Below, piece by piece: positions 38,345 through 48,912 of a stretch of 64,000 nt of DNA. Position 1 is the first letter of the stretch; each line of letters starts with the position of its first letter. Source of the DNA: Minisyncoccota bacterium (GTDB lineage: Bacteria; Patescibacteriota; Minisyncoccia; Phycocordibacterales; UBA5272); contig JBAZJW010000001.1 in the NCBI GenBank assembly GCA_041651055.1, forward strand, positions 536,506-600,505. Direction: 5' to 3'. The translations under genes were made by a program, and so were the position numbers. A model generated the notes under the pieces. It did not search any database. It saw nothing but the letters and a program-made list of their open reading frames with translations, and was not told the origin of the DNA.

Positions 38345-40282
38345 TTATATGTATACGATATTTCCGCTGCCGTGCTGTTTGTAATATAAATCGTGCAGCT
38401 CCTTAATATCTTCTGGTACATCTTCCAAGAATTCACTCGGGGCATTGATTTGTTTTTGTCCGAAAATAGTACGAAGCTCAGCATGGGTGAGATAGAGATG
38501 TTTACGAGCTCGCGTGACCGCCACATAAAAGAGGCGACGCTCTTCCTCCTCCTCTTCTTTACTTCGTTTACGGTTGCCAATATTTTTGTGAGGGAATAAA
38601 TCCTGCTCAAGACCCACGACAAAGACATGGTCAAACTCAAGACCTTTACTTGCATGTATGGTCATCAAACGTACACCTTTCTTTTCTTCGTTGTCATTGT
38701 CTTGATCTGACTGAAGGGATGTTTCTTCGAGGAATTGTTGCAAGGCTTCTTCTCCGATTTGAGAATCATACCTGATGGTGAGAGATACCAGTTCGCGAGC
38801 GTTCTCGAGACGCTCTCTGTCTTCACTGGAGCCTTCGAGCATTTCCTTTTCCATGCCAGAGTCGACAATAATCATTTGCATGACATGCGATAGCGGCTCG
38901 TTCTCAAGTGTTTCAAGAATGAGATCTAGGAAATCGTACACTTTGCCGATCTTTGCCGCAGCAGATGCTGGCACATCTTCTCCTGCAAATATTTTTGCAA
39001 CGGTTACCTTGCCTATGCCCCTCTTCGGTGTTTCAAAGACACGTTTCAGGTCTGGTTGTGAGGCGCGGTTCACAGCAGCACGCAAATAGCTCATCACATC
39101 TTTCACTTCTTTTCTTTCGAAGAATTTTGTGCCGAGAAGATTGTAGGTGACATTCGCTCTGATGAACGCTTCTTCGAGAATTCGTGACTGGAAATTCGCA
39201 CGGTACAGTACCGCTATACTTTCGGGATCTTGTCCGACGTCGATAAGTTCTTTACATTTTCCCGCGAGCCACTCAGCTTCAGACCCTTCATCCCAACACG
39301 GCACGACATCTATTTTCTCCCCTTGCCCTTGTGATGTGAAAAGGTTTTTGTCCTGACGAACGGTATTTTTTTTGATAGCAACGTTTGCCAGTGTGAGAAT
39401 ATTTCCTGTGGAACGGTAGTTTTCTTCAAGCATCACAATGTATGTCCCAGGGAAATCTTTTTCGAAATTCATAATGTTTCGCAAATTCGCTCCACGCCAA
39501 CTATAAATATTTTGGTCAGTATCTCCAACAGCACAAATATTATTGTTGAGAGGATTGATGAGAAGTTTTACAAAGGCGTACTGCGAGCCGTTGGTGTCTT
39601 GATACTCATCGACATGCACATACTTGAAGCGACGCTGATATGCTTCACGAATATCTGAGTGGTCCTCGAGCATGTGTACGGCGCGCACGATGAGGTCGTC
39701 GAAATCAACCGCCTTTTGGCGCTTTAATTCTTCATCATAAATTCTCCACACGGAAGCGACAATGTCCATTTGAGCAGTGGCCACTTTTTTCCTATAGTCT
39801 TCAAGCGATGTGAAGTCCCCCTTCTCACGACTGATGATGGAGCGGATTTTCGAAGGGTCGTTTATTTTCGGGTCGATACCAAGTTGCTCGATTGCTTTTT
39901 TAATAATAGAAAGTGAATCTGATGAATCGAGAATGGTGGGGTGACGATGAAGGCCGAGCCGTTCGCCGTATTCTCCGAGCATCATGAGGCCGAGGGAGTG
40001 GAAGGTTTTAATTACTGGTGTGTGGTGAAAAGGGTTTTCTTTTTCGATAACACGTTCTTCTTCGAGTCGTGAAATAATTCGTTCACGCATTTCTTTGGCG
40101 GCTTTATTAGTGAAGGTAACCGCGAGAATTGCTCGTGGGTCCGTTCCTTGTTTTATGATTTCTACGATTCTTTCGGTGATGGTTTTGGTTTTGCCTGCTC
40201 CTGCCCCAGCCAAAATAAGAAGCGGCCCCTCTGTGTGAAGGACTGCTTCTTTTTGTTTTTGATTAAGGAGAACTGAATTCAT
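38345..40282 (-). CDS. pcrA: SF1 helicase PcrA/UvrD
   Basis: AGAGAGKT, VTFTNKAA, VDEYQD, ENYRS, TIHASKGLEF, YVAVTRA; start MNSVLL. Confidence 0.95.
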   Translation of the reverse strand: MNSVLLNQKQKEAVLHTEGPLLILAGAGAGKTKTITERIVEIIKQGTDPRAILAVTFTNKAAKEMRERIISRLEEERVIEKENPFHHTPVIKTFHSLGLMMLGEYGERLGLHRHPTILDSSDSLSIIKKAIEQLGIDPKINDPSKIRSIISREKGDFTSLEDYRKKVATAQMDIVASVWRIYDEELKRQKAVDFDDLIVRAVHMLEDHSDIREAYQRRFKYVHVDEYQDTNGSQYAFVKLLINPLNNNICAVGDTDQNIYSWRGANLRNIMNFEKDFPGTYIVMLEENYRSTGNILTLANVAIKKNTVRQDKNLFTSQGQGEKIDVVPCWDEGSEAEWLAGKCKELIDVGQDPESIAVLYRANFQSRILEEAFIRANVTYNLLGTKFFERKEVKDVMSYLRAAVNRASQPDLKRVFETPKRGIGKVTVAKIFAGEDVPASAAAKIGKVYDFLDLILETLENEPLSHVMQMIIVDSGMEKEMLEGSSEDRERLENARELVSLTIRYDSQIGEEALQQFLEETSLQSDQDNDNEEKKGVRLMTIHASKGLEFDHVFVVGLEQDLFPHKNIGNRKRSKEEEEEERRLFYVAVTRARKHLYLTHAELRTIFGQKQINAPSEFLEDVPEDIKELHDLYYKQHGSGNIVYI

Positions 40283-40385
40283 GGTGGGTAGTTTACCACA
40301 AGGCGAGATAGAGAAAAGGTCAGAGGTGAGAGTGTAAAGGAGAGAGGGAAACCAGACGAGAGAGCTGGGTGAAAGTGTAAAGTTT

Positions 40386-40431
40386 AGAGAAAATACAGAT
40401 ACACACAATTGTGTGTATCTGTATTTTCTCT
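40386..40431. repeat. 46-bp perfect palindrome
   Basis: AGAGAAAATACAGATACACACAA|TTGTGTGTATCTGTATTTTCTCT. Confidence 0.9.
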
Positions 40432-40464
40432 CTCCTTTATTTCTCTACACTCTTCCCTTCCCAA

Positions 40465-40755
40465 CTACTCTCCTTTCTTAAACGCAGCTACCACTTTTCC
40501 GCGTGCCTCTTGGAACATTGTTTCGTACTCTGGAACGAGATGTTTGAGTGTTGTCGCATAAAAATCTTCCCCCATATTTGCAGAAGCTTGAAGTGCATCA
40601 AATTTTTCTTTTCCCAAAAAGTCATACACATCGAGAAGGAATTGTTTTTGTATTGTCTTCCCTGCTTCAATGAGCATCTCTTCTCGTTCTTCCTCGCTCA
40701 AATCTTTGAGGTTAAAATCTTCTACGAGCTGATTGTATAGTTGTGTGTAGTCCAT
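40465..40755 (-). CDS. Small helical hypothetical protein (DUF5663-like)
   Basis: FNLKDLSEEEREEML pattern seen in CPR helical proteins. Confidence 0.6.
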   Translation of the reverse strand: MDYTQLYNQLVEDFNLKDLSEEEREEMLIEAGKTIQKQFLLDVYDFLGKEKFDALQASANMGEDFYATTLKHLVPEYETMFQEARGKVVAAFKKGE

Positions 40756-40761
40756 AGAGGT

Positions 40762-43700
40762 TTAAGGTTTTGGTTGTACGAGTAATTCGAGTTTTCTTAT
40801 TCGGTTGTCATAGTCACGAAAAGTCATATCTGTTCCATCTTCTTTTTTTGCAGGAACACTTTGAAGACGTAGAGCTTCTAGATATTCTGCACTATTATTT
40901 GCAACACCTTTTCTTTCTAAGTATTGTGCAATATTCTTGGCTATAATTTGATTATTTTTTAGAATGTCAGAAATTTCTTTCCGGTAATCTTTTCTGTTTT
41001 CATCCATTGTGCCGAGAGGTATCTTTCCGCTATTATCGTAAAGCATTGGACGCGCTGGAGAGTCAAGGGCTACCGCTGCAAATGAAGAGTCTTTTGGAAG
41101 TTTTAAGGTTTTGGTAATTTTTTCCTCAAGGGTTTCTTTACCTGAAAACCACTCTGCGTAGTATGTCGAAGCATCTTCTGGAAGCATACTTTGCCACGGT
41201 GTTACGGATGGTTTCGGCATTGCTTGAGTGGTTGTTTGAGGATTTTCAAGTGCTGCCACGCCCTTCTTTTGATTGTTATCTGAATGAATTCCGATGCTTG
41301 CGGCTCCGGATGCCAGAGCTATTGCTGCAATTACACTACGTAAAGGTATTTTACTTCCAAAACTTTTGAAGCGCGCAAGAAGAACGTTCTCGACAGCCTT
41401 TGCTCTTTCTGTTCGTGCTGCAGCCTCAAGAATTTCCAGTTCTCCTTTTGGTAAAGCAAAAGGTTTTCCATTTTCAATAGTTGGAGTGACCATTCCATCA
41501 GTCCCTGCCTCTTGTTCCGCCAGAAGTTCTTTAACTTTTTCTTCTTCTGTGCGAGTGTCGGGTTCTTCTTTCTTAGTGAAGATGTTTTTTACTGCCGCTT
41601 TGGCAATACTTCTGCGTGTTACTTCTTCCTCTTCTTTTATTATTTCTGTCGCTGGTTTGTACACTTCCTTACGTGTCATTGGGTTGTCCGCCCTTTCCTT
41701 TTCACTTCTCTTTTTATATTCTTCGTCACTTTCTACAACAAGTCTTATCTCCTTGTTTTGATTTTCTGGATAGCGTTCATTGTAAAGAACCGCAAGCGCG
41801 TCGCTTAGTATTTCATTTCCATTCTCATCTTTTTTTGGAGTGAATAACGCTGTAAGTTTCGCAGCGACGACATCACGACGAAAATCACTTTTATCAAAAG
41901 GTCTCATGAAATACACTACTTCTTTTTTACCGTCTGCACTGTATTGTTCGCGTCGTTCGGTGTACGTGTCTAGATATTCACCCACTCTCTTATTTATGGC
42001 TTCCCAGTTCGTTTTCTTTTCTTCCACCCCTTCTATGTCCAGCTCTCCAGACGTGTATTCATTTTTTTCATTGAAGGCTTCCTTTGCTTTCTCATTTTGA
42101 GCCTTATCCGCGGCGACTCTTTTTGCATCGCGTGCGCGCCATTCTTCCGGTGTTTCTTTTTCAAAACCAAAACGACCAGAATGACTTGCTCCAACGGTCT
42201 GACCTTTTGCCGCAAGTCCCTTCTTCCATTCTTCGACAGTTACAGTATCGCCATTGCGAAGTTTTATCATTGCACTACCAGCAGGCTTTGGACGAAGAAC
42301 ATTTTTCTCCCATACATTCGCACGAGTTTCTAGAATCTTAACCTTCTGATCTGTTTTGTTGGCAAAATCTGTCATCAGAGAATAGATTTGTTCAGGAAGA
42401 GCCTTCGCTTCTGTAGAAAGTTCGTTTCCTAAAATGACGAGATCAGCAAGCTCTTTAATTTTGTCATCAGGAGTTTCTTCACGAGCAATTGCCTCGTCGA
42501 TTTCTTTTTGAAGTGCCTTCTTTCTTTCTTCACGTGTCCCTTTTTCTTTGAGTGCAGCATCGAACATATCGATGAGTCTGTGTATGTCCGCTACTTGCTT
42601 GTCGAGGGCTTCCCAGTCTTCCTTCGGCATTATCTTTTTAAGCTGGGCGCTTCTTTCTTCGTATCCTTTTGCTTCCTTGCGAATAATAGGAACCCACTCC
42701 TCAAATGTTTCTGGGCCTTTCGCTGCTTTTATTTTCTTTTCCTGCTCTGCTTTGTAGGCTTTCCATTGTTCCGGCCACGCTTCATTGTGTTTTTTGAGAA
42801 GCTCATCAAGATCTCGACCACGCTCAAATACCAAAGTAACATTTCCTTGTTCAAGAGCGTCCAAGAGATCGTCTTTTTGTTCGATTAGTTCTTCCCCTTT
42901 CTCACGTTTCAGTGCTCTTTGCTCGGCAGTCATTCCTTCTCTAAAGAATTTCTTGTATGCATTAAATGTTCTAGTGACAGAATCCCAAAGACCTCCTTGC
43001 ATTGGCGTTTCTGTAGATGCTCCATTTTTTTCCTTAAACACAAGAACACCTTTTCTTATGTCGTACCTAAACGTTGTCGGGCCGATATCGTCATATGCAC
43101 GCCTAAAGACCTTCTTTTCTATTGTTCCGGGTTCATCTTTTGCTGCGGGTTCTGGTCCTTCTGCCACTTTTGGTTCCACTTTTTCGATAATACCCTCTAG
43201 ATTCTCGATAAGACCGAGGTCTTCAGAATGTTTATATGATTTAACTAAATCTTTAAGATCACTTCTATTATCTTTTCCATCATGTGAGGCCGTCACTATT
43301 CTTGCAAACAGTAGAATATTTCCTTCTATTGTTCTTATTAAATCGGCAGGCAGAGTTTTTCCTTCCGAACGAAGGAGTAGCATTTTCTTGTAAAGACTTA
43401 ATATTTTTAGTGTGTCGGCTACCTGCGCAGGGCTCACCTTAATGTTTCCGAACTCTTTTCTGTATTCTTCTATGGCGTTGTTGGTTATCCAGTTATTTTC
43501 CCACTCCAAATACGCTTTGTAGAAGGTCTTGTCATTTCCCCTGTTTTCATATAGAGCTTTTTGGAGTTGTCCTACCGGTGTTTTTGAAAACTTTATACCA
43601 TCAGGAGATATTGCAGCCCGGAGAACTTTTCCCGCCGCCACTTCTTTGGCTTTTACTTCTTCGTATTCTGTAATGGCTTTATCAAGATCCACGAAGTTCA

Positions 43701-45108
43701 TTGTAATTTCACGTTTTTTTTCGCCTACTTCTCCAAGAGTAACCCCCTCATTCCCTCCACTGAGAATGTTCCACACACCTTTATTTACTCCGTCAGGAAT
43801 AGTAAAGTGTCTTCCTGGAGGGAACTTTTCAAACAGTTCTTTTGGGGATAATTTTTTAAGAGCAAGGGCACGAGCGGCATCCTCCGGTGTTGTGATTGTA
43901 GGTGCTGGAGCCGCCGCAGCTTTTGTTGCTTCGAATTCCGAAAAAGCCTTTTCAAGTTCTGCAAGGCTTATTTCTCTTGTTTCCGTCCCCGGAGCTCTTT
44001 TAAGTGTGAAGGTGTCACCTTTTTGGGCTTCAATTGACCAGACTTCTTTTTTGTCACCATTGAGAATGGTTACAAGCGTATTTATTTTGAATTTTGATTC
44101 ATTCTCTTTTTTATTAAACGCTTCTCGTAAAATTCTTTTGAGGTCACCAAAAGGAATCTCTTCATCTCTCGGTGCTCCTTTTTTATCTAACTGTCTTATC
44201 GTTAATCCTTCTTTTCCAATACCCGCCACTTCCCAGTGAGCTTCTTCACTGATGTGGTCTGCTGGCAAGAGAAATATTTGCCCTTTTTCAAAACGAGAAG
44301 GAACAGAAGTCTCTACTTTGAAAGAAGGTGCAGGTGCCGCAGTGGGTGTTGTGATTGTAGATGTTGGAGCCGCCGCAGGTGTCGCCACGGTTGGAGTTGC
44401 GGCCACCGCAGGTGCAGAGGTCGCAATTGGTCCAGCAATGGTGGGCGCAGGTGCCGGAGTGGCTGGTCGTACTGAAAGCTTAAGCTGCTCTACGTGTTGT
44501 TTGTAAAAAGCAAGAAGAGCTTCTCCTTTTCGCAGTAGTTCTGTCTTTTCTGTATCGTTTTTCGTTTCCGCTATTGATTTAAAAAGAGTAAATAATTCCC
44601 CCTCTTCTCCAATAGCAAAATCAAACCAACTTTTGTCATCAGTCCTACCGTAAAGATCTTTACGCTCACCATACACAGTATCAAATGCCGTTAAAAGTTT
44701 TTTATAGTTTTCGTGATTGACGGTTGGCTCTCCTTTTTCTAAGGCCTCAAATAAACGCAAGGCATCATCCGCGTCAAAAAGCTCCTCATGTTTTAAAAGC
44801 TCGTCCCCTAAATTTTTCGCCAGCTTATCCTCGGGCAGAAGGGCTTTTGACCTGACCTCACCACCAACTTTTTTTGCTTTAGGAACAGTTCGTGGTTCGG
44901 GTGTTTTGGGAACAGAAGGATCTATTCCTTTGGGAGGTTGAACTAAATAAGGATCTTCGCCCTTTGACGAAGGGAAAGAGCCCGGAGTTGGTTTGCTAAG
45001 ACCTAAGTCTCCAAGTTCATAATAAGGGTCTCCTGGGTTCCTCTTGTTTTTGCGAGGATCTTTTTTAGAAGGAGGTCCTTCTGGTCCGTGACGATTATCT
45101 TTTCCCAT
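40762..45108 (-). CDS. Very large charged protein with Pro/Ala/Thr linker, three repeated small domains and late TM
   Basis: Start MGKDNRH; TM-like VIAAIALASGAASIGI near the C-terminus. Confidence 0.8.
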   Translation of the reverse strand: MGKDNRHGPEGPPSKKDPRKNKRNPGDPYYELGDLGLSKPTPGSFPSSKGEDPYLVQPPKGIDPSVPKTPEPRTVPKAKKVGGEVRSKALLPEDKLAKNLGDELLKHEELFDADDALRLFEALEKGEPTVNHENYKKLLTAFDTVYGERKDLYGRTDDKSWFDFAIGEEGELFTLFKSIAETKNDTEKTELLRKGEALLAFYKQHVEQLKLSVRPATPAPAPTIAGPIATSAPAVAATPTVATPAAAPTSTITTPTAAPAPSFKVETSVPSRFEKGQIFLLPADHISEEAHWEVAGIGKEGLTIRQLDKKGAPRDEEIPFGDLKRILREAFNKKENESKFKINTLVTILNGDKKEVWSIEAQKGDTFTLKRAPGTETREISLAELEKAFSEFEATKAAAAPAPTITTPEDAARALALKKLSPKELFEKFPPGRHFTIPDGVNKGVWNILSGGNEGVTLGEVGEKKREITMNFVDLDKAITEYEEVKAKEVAAGKVLRAAISPDGIKFSKTPVGQLQKALYENRGNDKTFYKAYLEWENNWITNNAIEEYRKEFGNIKVSPAQVADTLKILSLYKKMLLLRSEGKTLPADLIRTIEGNILLFARIVTASHDGKDNRSDLKDLVKSYKHSEDLGLIENLEGIIEKVEPKVAEGPEPAAKDEPGTIEKKVFRRAYDDIGPTTFRYDIRKGVLVFKEKNGASTETPMQGGLWDSVTRTFNAYKKFFREGMTAEQRALKREKGEELIEQKDDLLDALEQGNVTLVFERGRDLDELLKKHNEAWPEQWKAYKAEQEKKIKAAKGPETFEEWVPIIRKEAKGYEERSAQLKKIMPKEDWEALDKQVADIHRLIDMFDAALKEKGTREERKKALQKEIDEAIAREETPDDKIKELADLVILGNELSTEAKALPEQIYSLMTDFANKTDQKVKILETRANVWEKNVLRPKPAGSAMIKLRNGDTVTVEEWKKGLAAKGQTVGASHSGRFGFEKETPEEWRARDAKRVAADKAQNEKAKEAFNEKNEYTSGELDIEGVEEKKTNWEAINKRVGEYLDTYTERREQYSADGKKEVVYFMRPFDKSDFRRDVVAAKLTALFTPKKDENGNEILSDALAVLYNERYPENQNKEIRLVVESDEEYKKRSEKERADNPMTRKEVYKPATEIIKEEEEVTRRSIAKAAVKNIFTKKEEPDTRTEEEKVKELLAEQEAGTDGMVTPTIENGKPFALPKGELEILEAAARTERAKAVENVLLARFKSFGSKIPLRSVIAAIALASGAASIGIHSDNNQKKGVAALENPQTTTQAMPKPSVTPWQSMLPEDASTYYAEWFSGKETLEEKITKTLKLPKDSSFAAVALDSPARPMLYDNSGKIPLGTMDENRKDYRKEISDILKNNQIIAKNIAQYLERKGVANNSAEYLEALRLQSVPAKKEDGTDMTFRDYDNRIRKLELLVQPKP

Positions 45109-45391
45109 AGTAAAGTATCCTAAGTATACTTTATTTACAATACTTTTGCGGTACTTCTCCACATGTACAGGGGGTATTTCAAACTTGTGTCTTCCACCCC
45201 TTTTTGCTAGTATAGAGGGGTACCAATGAGTCAGGTTTTCTTGACAGAATCTATATGTATCGTCTTACAAGGTCACCCTTTGCAGACAGTACACGTGCCC
45301 CAAAGTAAGGAGCCCTAAAACCTCCTTCACTTTCACAACTATCGTAGTATTTATAGTAAAACGTTTACACACAACGTTACATAGCATTACT

Positions 45392-46405
45392 TTGTGCGCC
45401 CTCATTTTTGCGCTTATTACTCCTGTGACAACACACGCGGGCGTTTTTTCTGATTTTACAGGAAAGGTAAAGGATATTTTTTTCGCACCAGATGATGATA
45501 CTGAAGTAGATACATCTGCCACAGCTCAGACTATCCCCCTCTTCAAAGCCGTTGTAATGGATACCACGCTCACGAGCGCAGAATCAAGTGATGACGCTTC
45601 TAGTGAATCTCTCCAGGCAACCACAGGGTCGCTTCGTGTTTCTACGGAAGATATTGATTACCCGGTAGACGATACGATTAGTGTGTATGAAGTAAAGAAA
45701 GGAGACTCTCTTGCAACCGTTGCTAAACTTTTTAATGTTTCAAAAAATACCATTATCTGGGCGAACGATTTGAAATCAGAAAGAATTGTCCCTGGAGACA
45801 CACTGGTTATTCTTCCTATGACGGGGGTTAAATACAGTGCAAAGAAAGGTGATACAGTGACTTCTATTGCAAGAAAGTACAAAGCAGATGCAGATGATAT
45901 CGCGAAGTTTAACGGTATCGCTCGTGATGCAACTCTTTCTGTGGGTGATATTGTGCTCGTACCAGAAGGTGAAATCGCCGTGACTACAACGACAAAATCA
46001 AAAACAGGAAAGGTTACTGTGATAACTAAAGTTCTTGATTCATACGGAAAAGCAGAGCCGAGTGGATACTTTGTTCGTCCTTTGGCTGGTGGTCGTAAGA
46101 CACAAGGGTTGCACGGTCACAATGGTATAGACTTCGGTGCTCCTGTCGGAACTCCAGTGTACGCCTCAGCTTCCGGAAGAGTTATTCTTGCGAGATCTGG
46201 AGGGTATAACGGAGGATATGGAAGTATGGTTATTATTGCGCACGGCGATGATATTCAAACTGTGTATGCCCACTTGAGCCAGGTGAATGTCGTTACAGGT
46301 CAGACGGTTTCTCAAGGTCAGACAATCGGACGTGTAGGAAATACAGGAAGGTCAACCGGTCCACATCTACACTTTGAGGTACGTGGAGCGAAGAATCCCT
46401 TTTAA
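45392..46405 (+). CDS. Secreted LysM-LysM-M23 peptidase
   Basis: YEVKKGDSLATVA, YSAKKGDTVTSIA, HNGID, TVYAHL, TGPHLHFEV; true start probably upstream. Confidence 0.93.
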   Translation: MCALIFALITPVTTHAGVFSDFTGKVKDIFFAPDDDTEVDTSATAQTIPLFKAVVMDTTLTSAESSDDASSESLQATTGSLRVSTEDIDYPVDDTISVYEVKKGDSLATVAKLFNVSKNTIIWANDLKSERIVPGDTLVILPMTGVKYSAKKGDTVTSIARKYKADADDIAKFNGIARDATLSVGDIVLVPEGEIAVTTTTKSKTGKVTVITKVLDSYGKAEPSGYFVRPLAGGRKTQGLHGHNGIDFGAPVGTPVYASASGRVILARSGGYNGGYGSMVIIAHGDDIQTVYAHLSQVNVVTGQTVSQGQTIGRVGNTGRSTGPHLHFEVRGAKNPF

Positions 46406-46611
46406 TAGTTTTCAGTTTTAAGTTTCAAGAAAACACAGTAGGAATTATGTATTCCGTAGCATTAAAAAGATCCACGTGCCCTACCTGTGGATTTTTTGAA
46501 TCTCTTTTAGGGCTATATTCCCCGTCAGCTGACTTAGCAAAGTCAGTGTCTTTTACAGCTGCGAGGAGGTTCATTCTTCTGGAAACTTAAAACTAAAAAC
46601 TTAAAACTGAG

Positions 46612-48168
46612 TTACAGCCTATCCTGATACAATTTCGGTCGATATTGAAATGCTTCCATGATATCGTCGTCGGTAATCTGTGGTGATTGTTTCAGATCTG
46701 CGATGGTACGGGCCAAACGAAGGACACGGTGATATGCGCGAGGAGAAAGAATGTATGAGGTTGCGAGTTCTTTCATGAGCTTGAGTGTCGAAGGAGAAAG
46801 CTCTATGTGTTTGGTGATATCTTTTGCTTTCATATCTTTGTTCTTGGTAATATGTGCATCCCCTCCTTCTGTGAATCGTTTACGTGCAAAGGTTCGAGCT
46901 TTTTCTACACGTATACGCACGTCATTACTTTCTTCCCCGATGCGCGCATGAGAGAGTGTGTCGTAATCGATATGTTGTACCGCCACCCAGATGTCGATAC
47001 GGTCCATGATGGGGCCAGATAATTTTCTTGCGTACCTGTCGATATCAGACGGTTTACAAATGCATCGCTTCAATTTACTTCCCATATATCCGCATGGACA
47101 TGGATTCATGGAGGCCACGAGCGTGCATGATGCCGGAAAGGCATACGTTCCTTTCGCACGAGAGACCGTGATGACACCTTCTTCGAGCGGTTCACGTAAT
47201 GATTCGATAACTCGTTTATCAAATTCTGGAAACTCATCCAAGAAAAGCACACCATGATGTGCGAGCGTCACTTCTCCTGGACGAGGATTCGCACCACCAC
47301 CCACAAGTGAAACGTATGACGATGTATGGTGTGGTGAGCGAAACGTTGGATGTGTGATGAGTGATGTTTTCGTATGTGCTACAGAATGAATACGTGTCAC
47401 CTCTAAGGCTTCATCGCGCGTAAGTGGTGGAAGTATTCCTGTGAAAGCGCGCGCGAGCATGGTCTTCCCTGTTCCTGGTGGTCCGTAGAGTGCGATATTG
47501 TGTCCGCCTGCCGCTGCGATTTCGAGTGCTCGCTTTGCAGTTTCTTGTCCTCGTATATCTTTAAAATCTAAAAATGAATCCGGTCTCACATAAATAATTT
47601 CTGTGTGTGGTTGTGGTTCGAGTGAAACAATATCATTCACACCTTCAATGCTTCCACCAAGGTGGAGAACGATATCCCGGATGTGTGCACACCCATACAC
47701 CGCGAGATCATCCACCAGTGCTGCTTCTTCCACATTCGCACTTGGCACATAGAGCGCCTTCACGCCTTCTTTCTTCGCGCATTCAGCAATAGACAGTACT
47801 CCCATCATGGGAAGTATTTCTCCGGTGAGAGAAAGTTCTCCGACGAACCATCCTACATCTTCAGGCACAGAAAGTTGTTTGGATGCGACGAGGTATGTGA
47901 GCGCAATAGGCACATCGAAATGCGATCCCTCTTTTTTTATATGAGCAGGAGCAAGTGATACTGTCACTTTATGGTTTTCTGTTTTTGGATTACGAAGCCC
48001 TGTATTTTTTAGAGCAGCATTGATTCTGTCTTTACTTTCATCGATAGCTTTATCTGGAAGACCTACAATGGCGAACGCATAGAGTCCTTGAGAAACGTCT
48101 ACTTCTACCGTGATTGGTTCGGCGTGAAGCCCGACGATGTGTGCACTATGTAAGGTGGCGACACTCAT
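46612..48168 (-). CDS. comM: ComM/YifB Mg-chelatase-like ATPase
   Basis: IVGLPD, GELSLTG, GPPGTGKTM, FRSPHH, LFLDEFPEF, SMNPCPCG, RLARTIADL. Confidence 0.95.
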   Translation of the reverse strand: MSVATLHSAHIVGLHAEPITVEVDVSQGLYAFAIVGLPDKAIDESKDRINAALKNTGLRNPKTENHKVTVSLAPAHIKKEGSHFDVPIALTYLVASKQLSVPEDVGWFVGELSLTGEILPMMGVLSIAECAKKEGVKALYVPSANVEEAALVDDLAVYGCAHIRDIVLHLGGSIEGVNDIVSLEPQPHTEIIYVRPDSFLDFKDIRGQETAKRALEIAAAGGHNIALYGPPGTGKTMLARAFTGILPPLTRDEALEVTRIHSVAHTKTSLITHPTFRSPHHTSSYVSLVGGGANPRPGEVTLAHHGVLFLDEFPEFDKRVIESLREPLEEGVITVSRAKGTYAFPASCTLVASMNPCPCGYMGSKLKRCICKPSDIDRYARKLSGPIMDRIDIWVAVQHIDYDTLSHARIGEESNDVRIRVEKARTFARKRFTEGGDAHITKNKDMKAKDITKHIELSPSTLKLMKELATSYILSPRAYHRVLRLARTIADLKQSPQITDDDIMEAFQYRPKLYQDRL

Positions 48169-48806
48169 TAGTGAAGTATAGCACTGCGAAGTGTAAGTAT
48201 ACCGTCGGTTGATGATGCAATGAGCAATAATTGCGTATTTGCAAAGGCATATACGACAGTGCTTGAAGCCGATGTTCCTACGCGCATGTTTTGATTATTG
48301 ATCGTGACATCAGTGAAGGTAAACGGTGGTGTCGAAGTACTCGTGTCGCGTGGACTGCCTACAGCTTTCGCAAGTTCATCCGCATAGTCTGCCTCTTTCG
48401 TAATCATAAACGCAAAGACAGGAGAATACGTGGTGACTGTCATACTGTATCCGTACGGTGATGGCGTGACATAGGTGATGAATCGTCCGATGCCATCATC
48501 AAGTGTTTGTGAAAGTGTCACGAGAGGAATTCCTTGATTCTGATTTGCTTGCAATCCATCACTTGGAGTAAGGGAAAGTGGTGCAGGCGCATGATTTTTT
48601 GTGTAGTACAAGTATCCTCCGAGAAGCACTGCGATAAGTCCGCAAAGAAAAAGAACACTTGCACCAATAATAAGCGGCCATGATTTTTCGGCAGAAGTAT
48701 TTCCTATTTCGCCAGCCGCAGAAGCAATGTCCCCCATGGAGGCTTCTTTGTGAATTATTTCGTTCGCAATGTCGTGTTCGAAGGTGTCGATATTCGGAGT
48801 GGTCAT
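48168..48806 (-). CDS. Single-TM hypothetical protein
   Basis: Start MTTPNID after TATACT; TM segment. Confidence 0.7.
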   Translation of the reverse strand: MTTPNIDTFEHDIANEIIHKEASMGDIASAAGEIGNTSAEKSWPLIIGASVLFLCGLIAVLLGGYLYYTKNHAPAPLSLTPSDGLQANQNQGIPLVTLSQTLDDGIGRFITYVTPSPYGYSMTVTTYSPVFAFMITKEADYADELAKAVGSPRDTSTSTPPFTFTDVTINNQNMRVGTSASSTVVYAFANTQLLLIASSTDGILTLRSAILH

Positions 48807-48852
48807 GGGTACTAGTATACAGTTTATAGCTAAGAGTTTACAGTGAATACAA

Positions 48853-48880
48853 GAAGAGGGCACCTTACGGTGCCCTCTTC
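48853..48880. terminator. Terminator hairpin
   Basis: GAAGAGGGCACC-TTAC-GGTGCCCTCTTC. Confidence 0.75.
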
Positions 48881-48912
48881 TGTTTGCTGTTAGCTGTGAC
48901 CTGCTAGCTATT

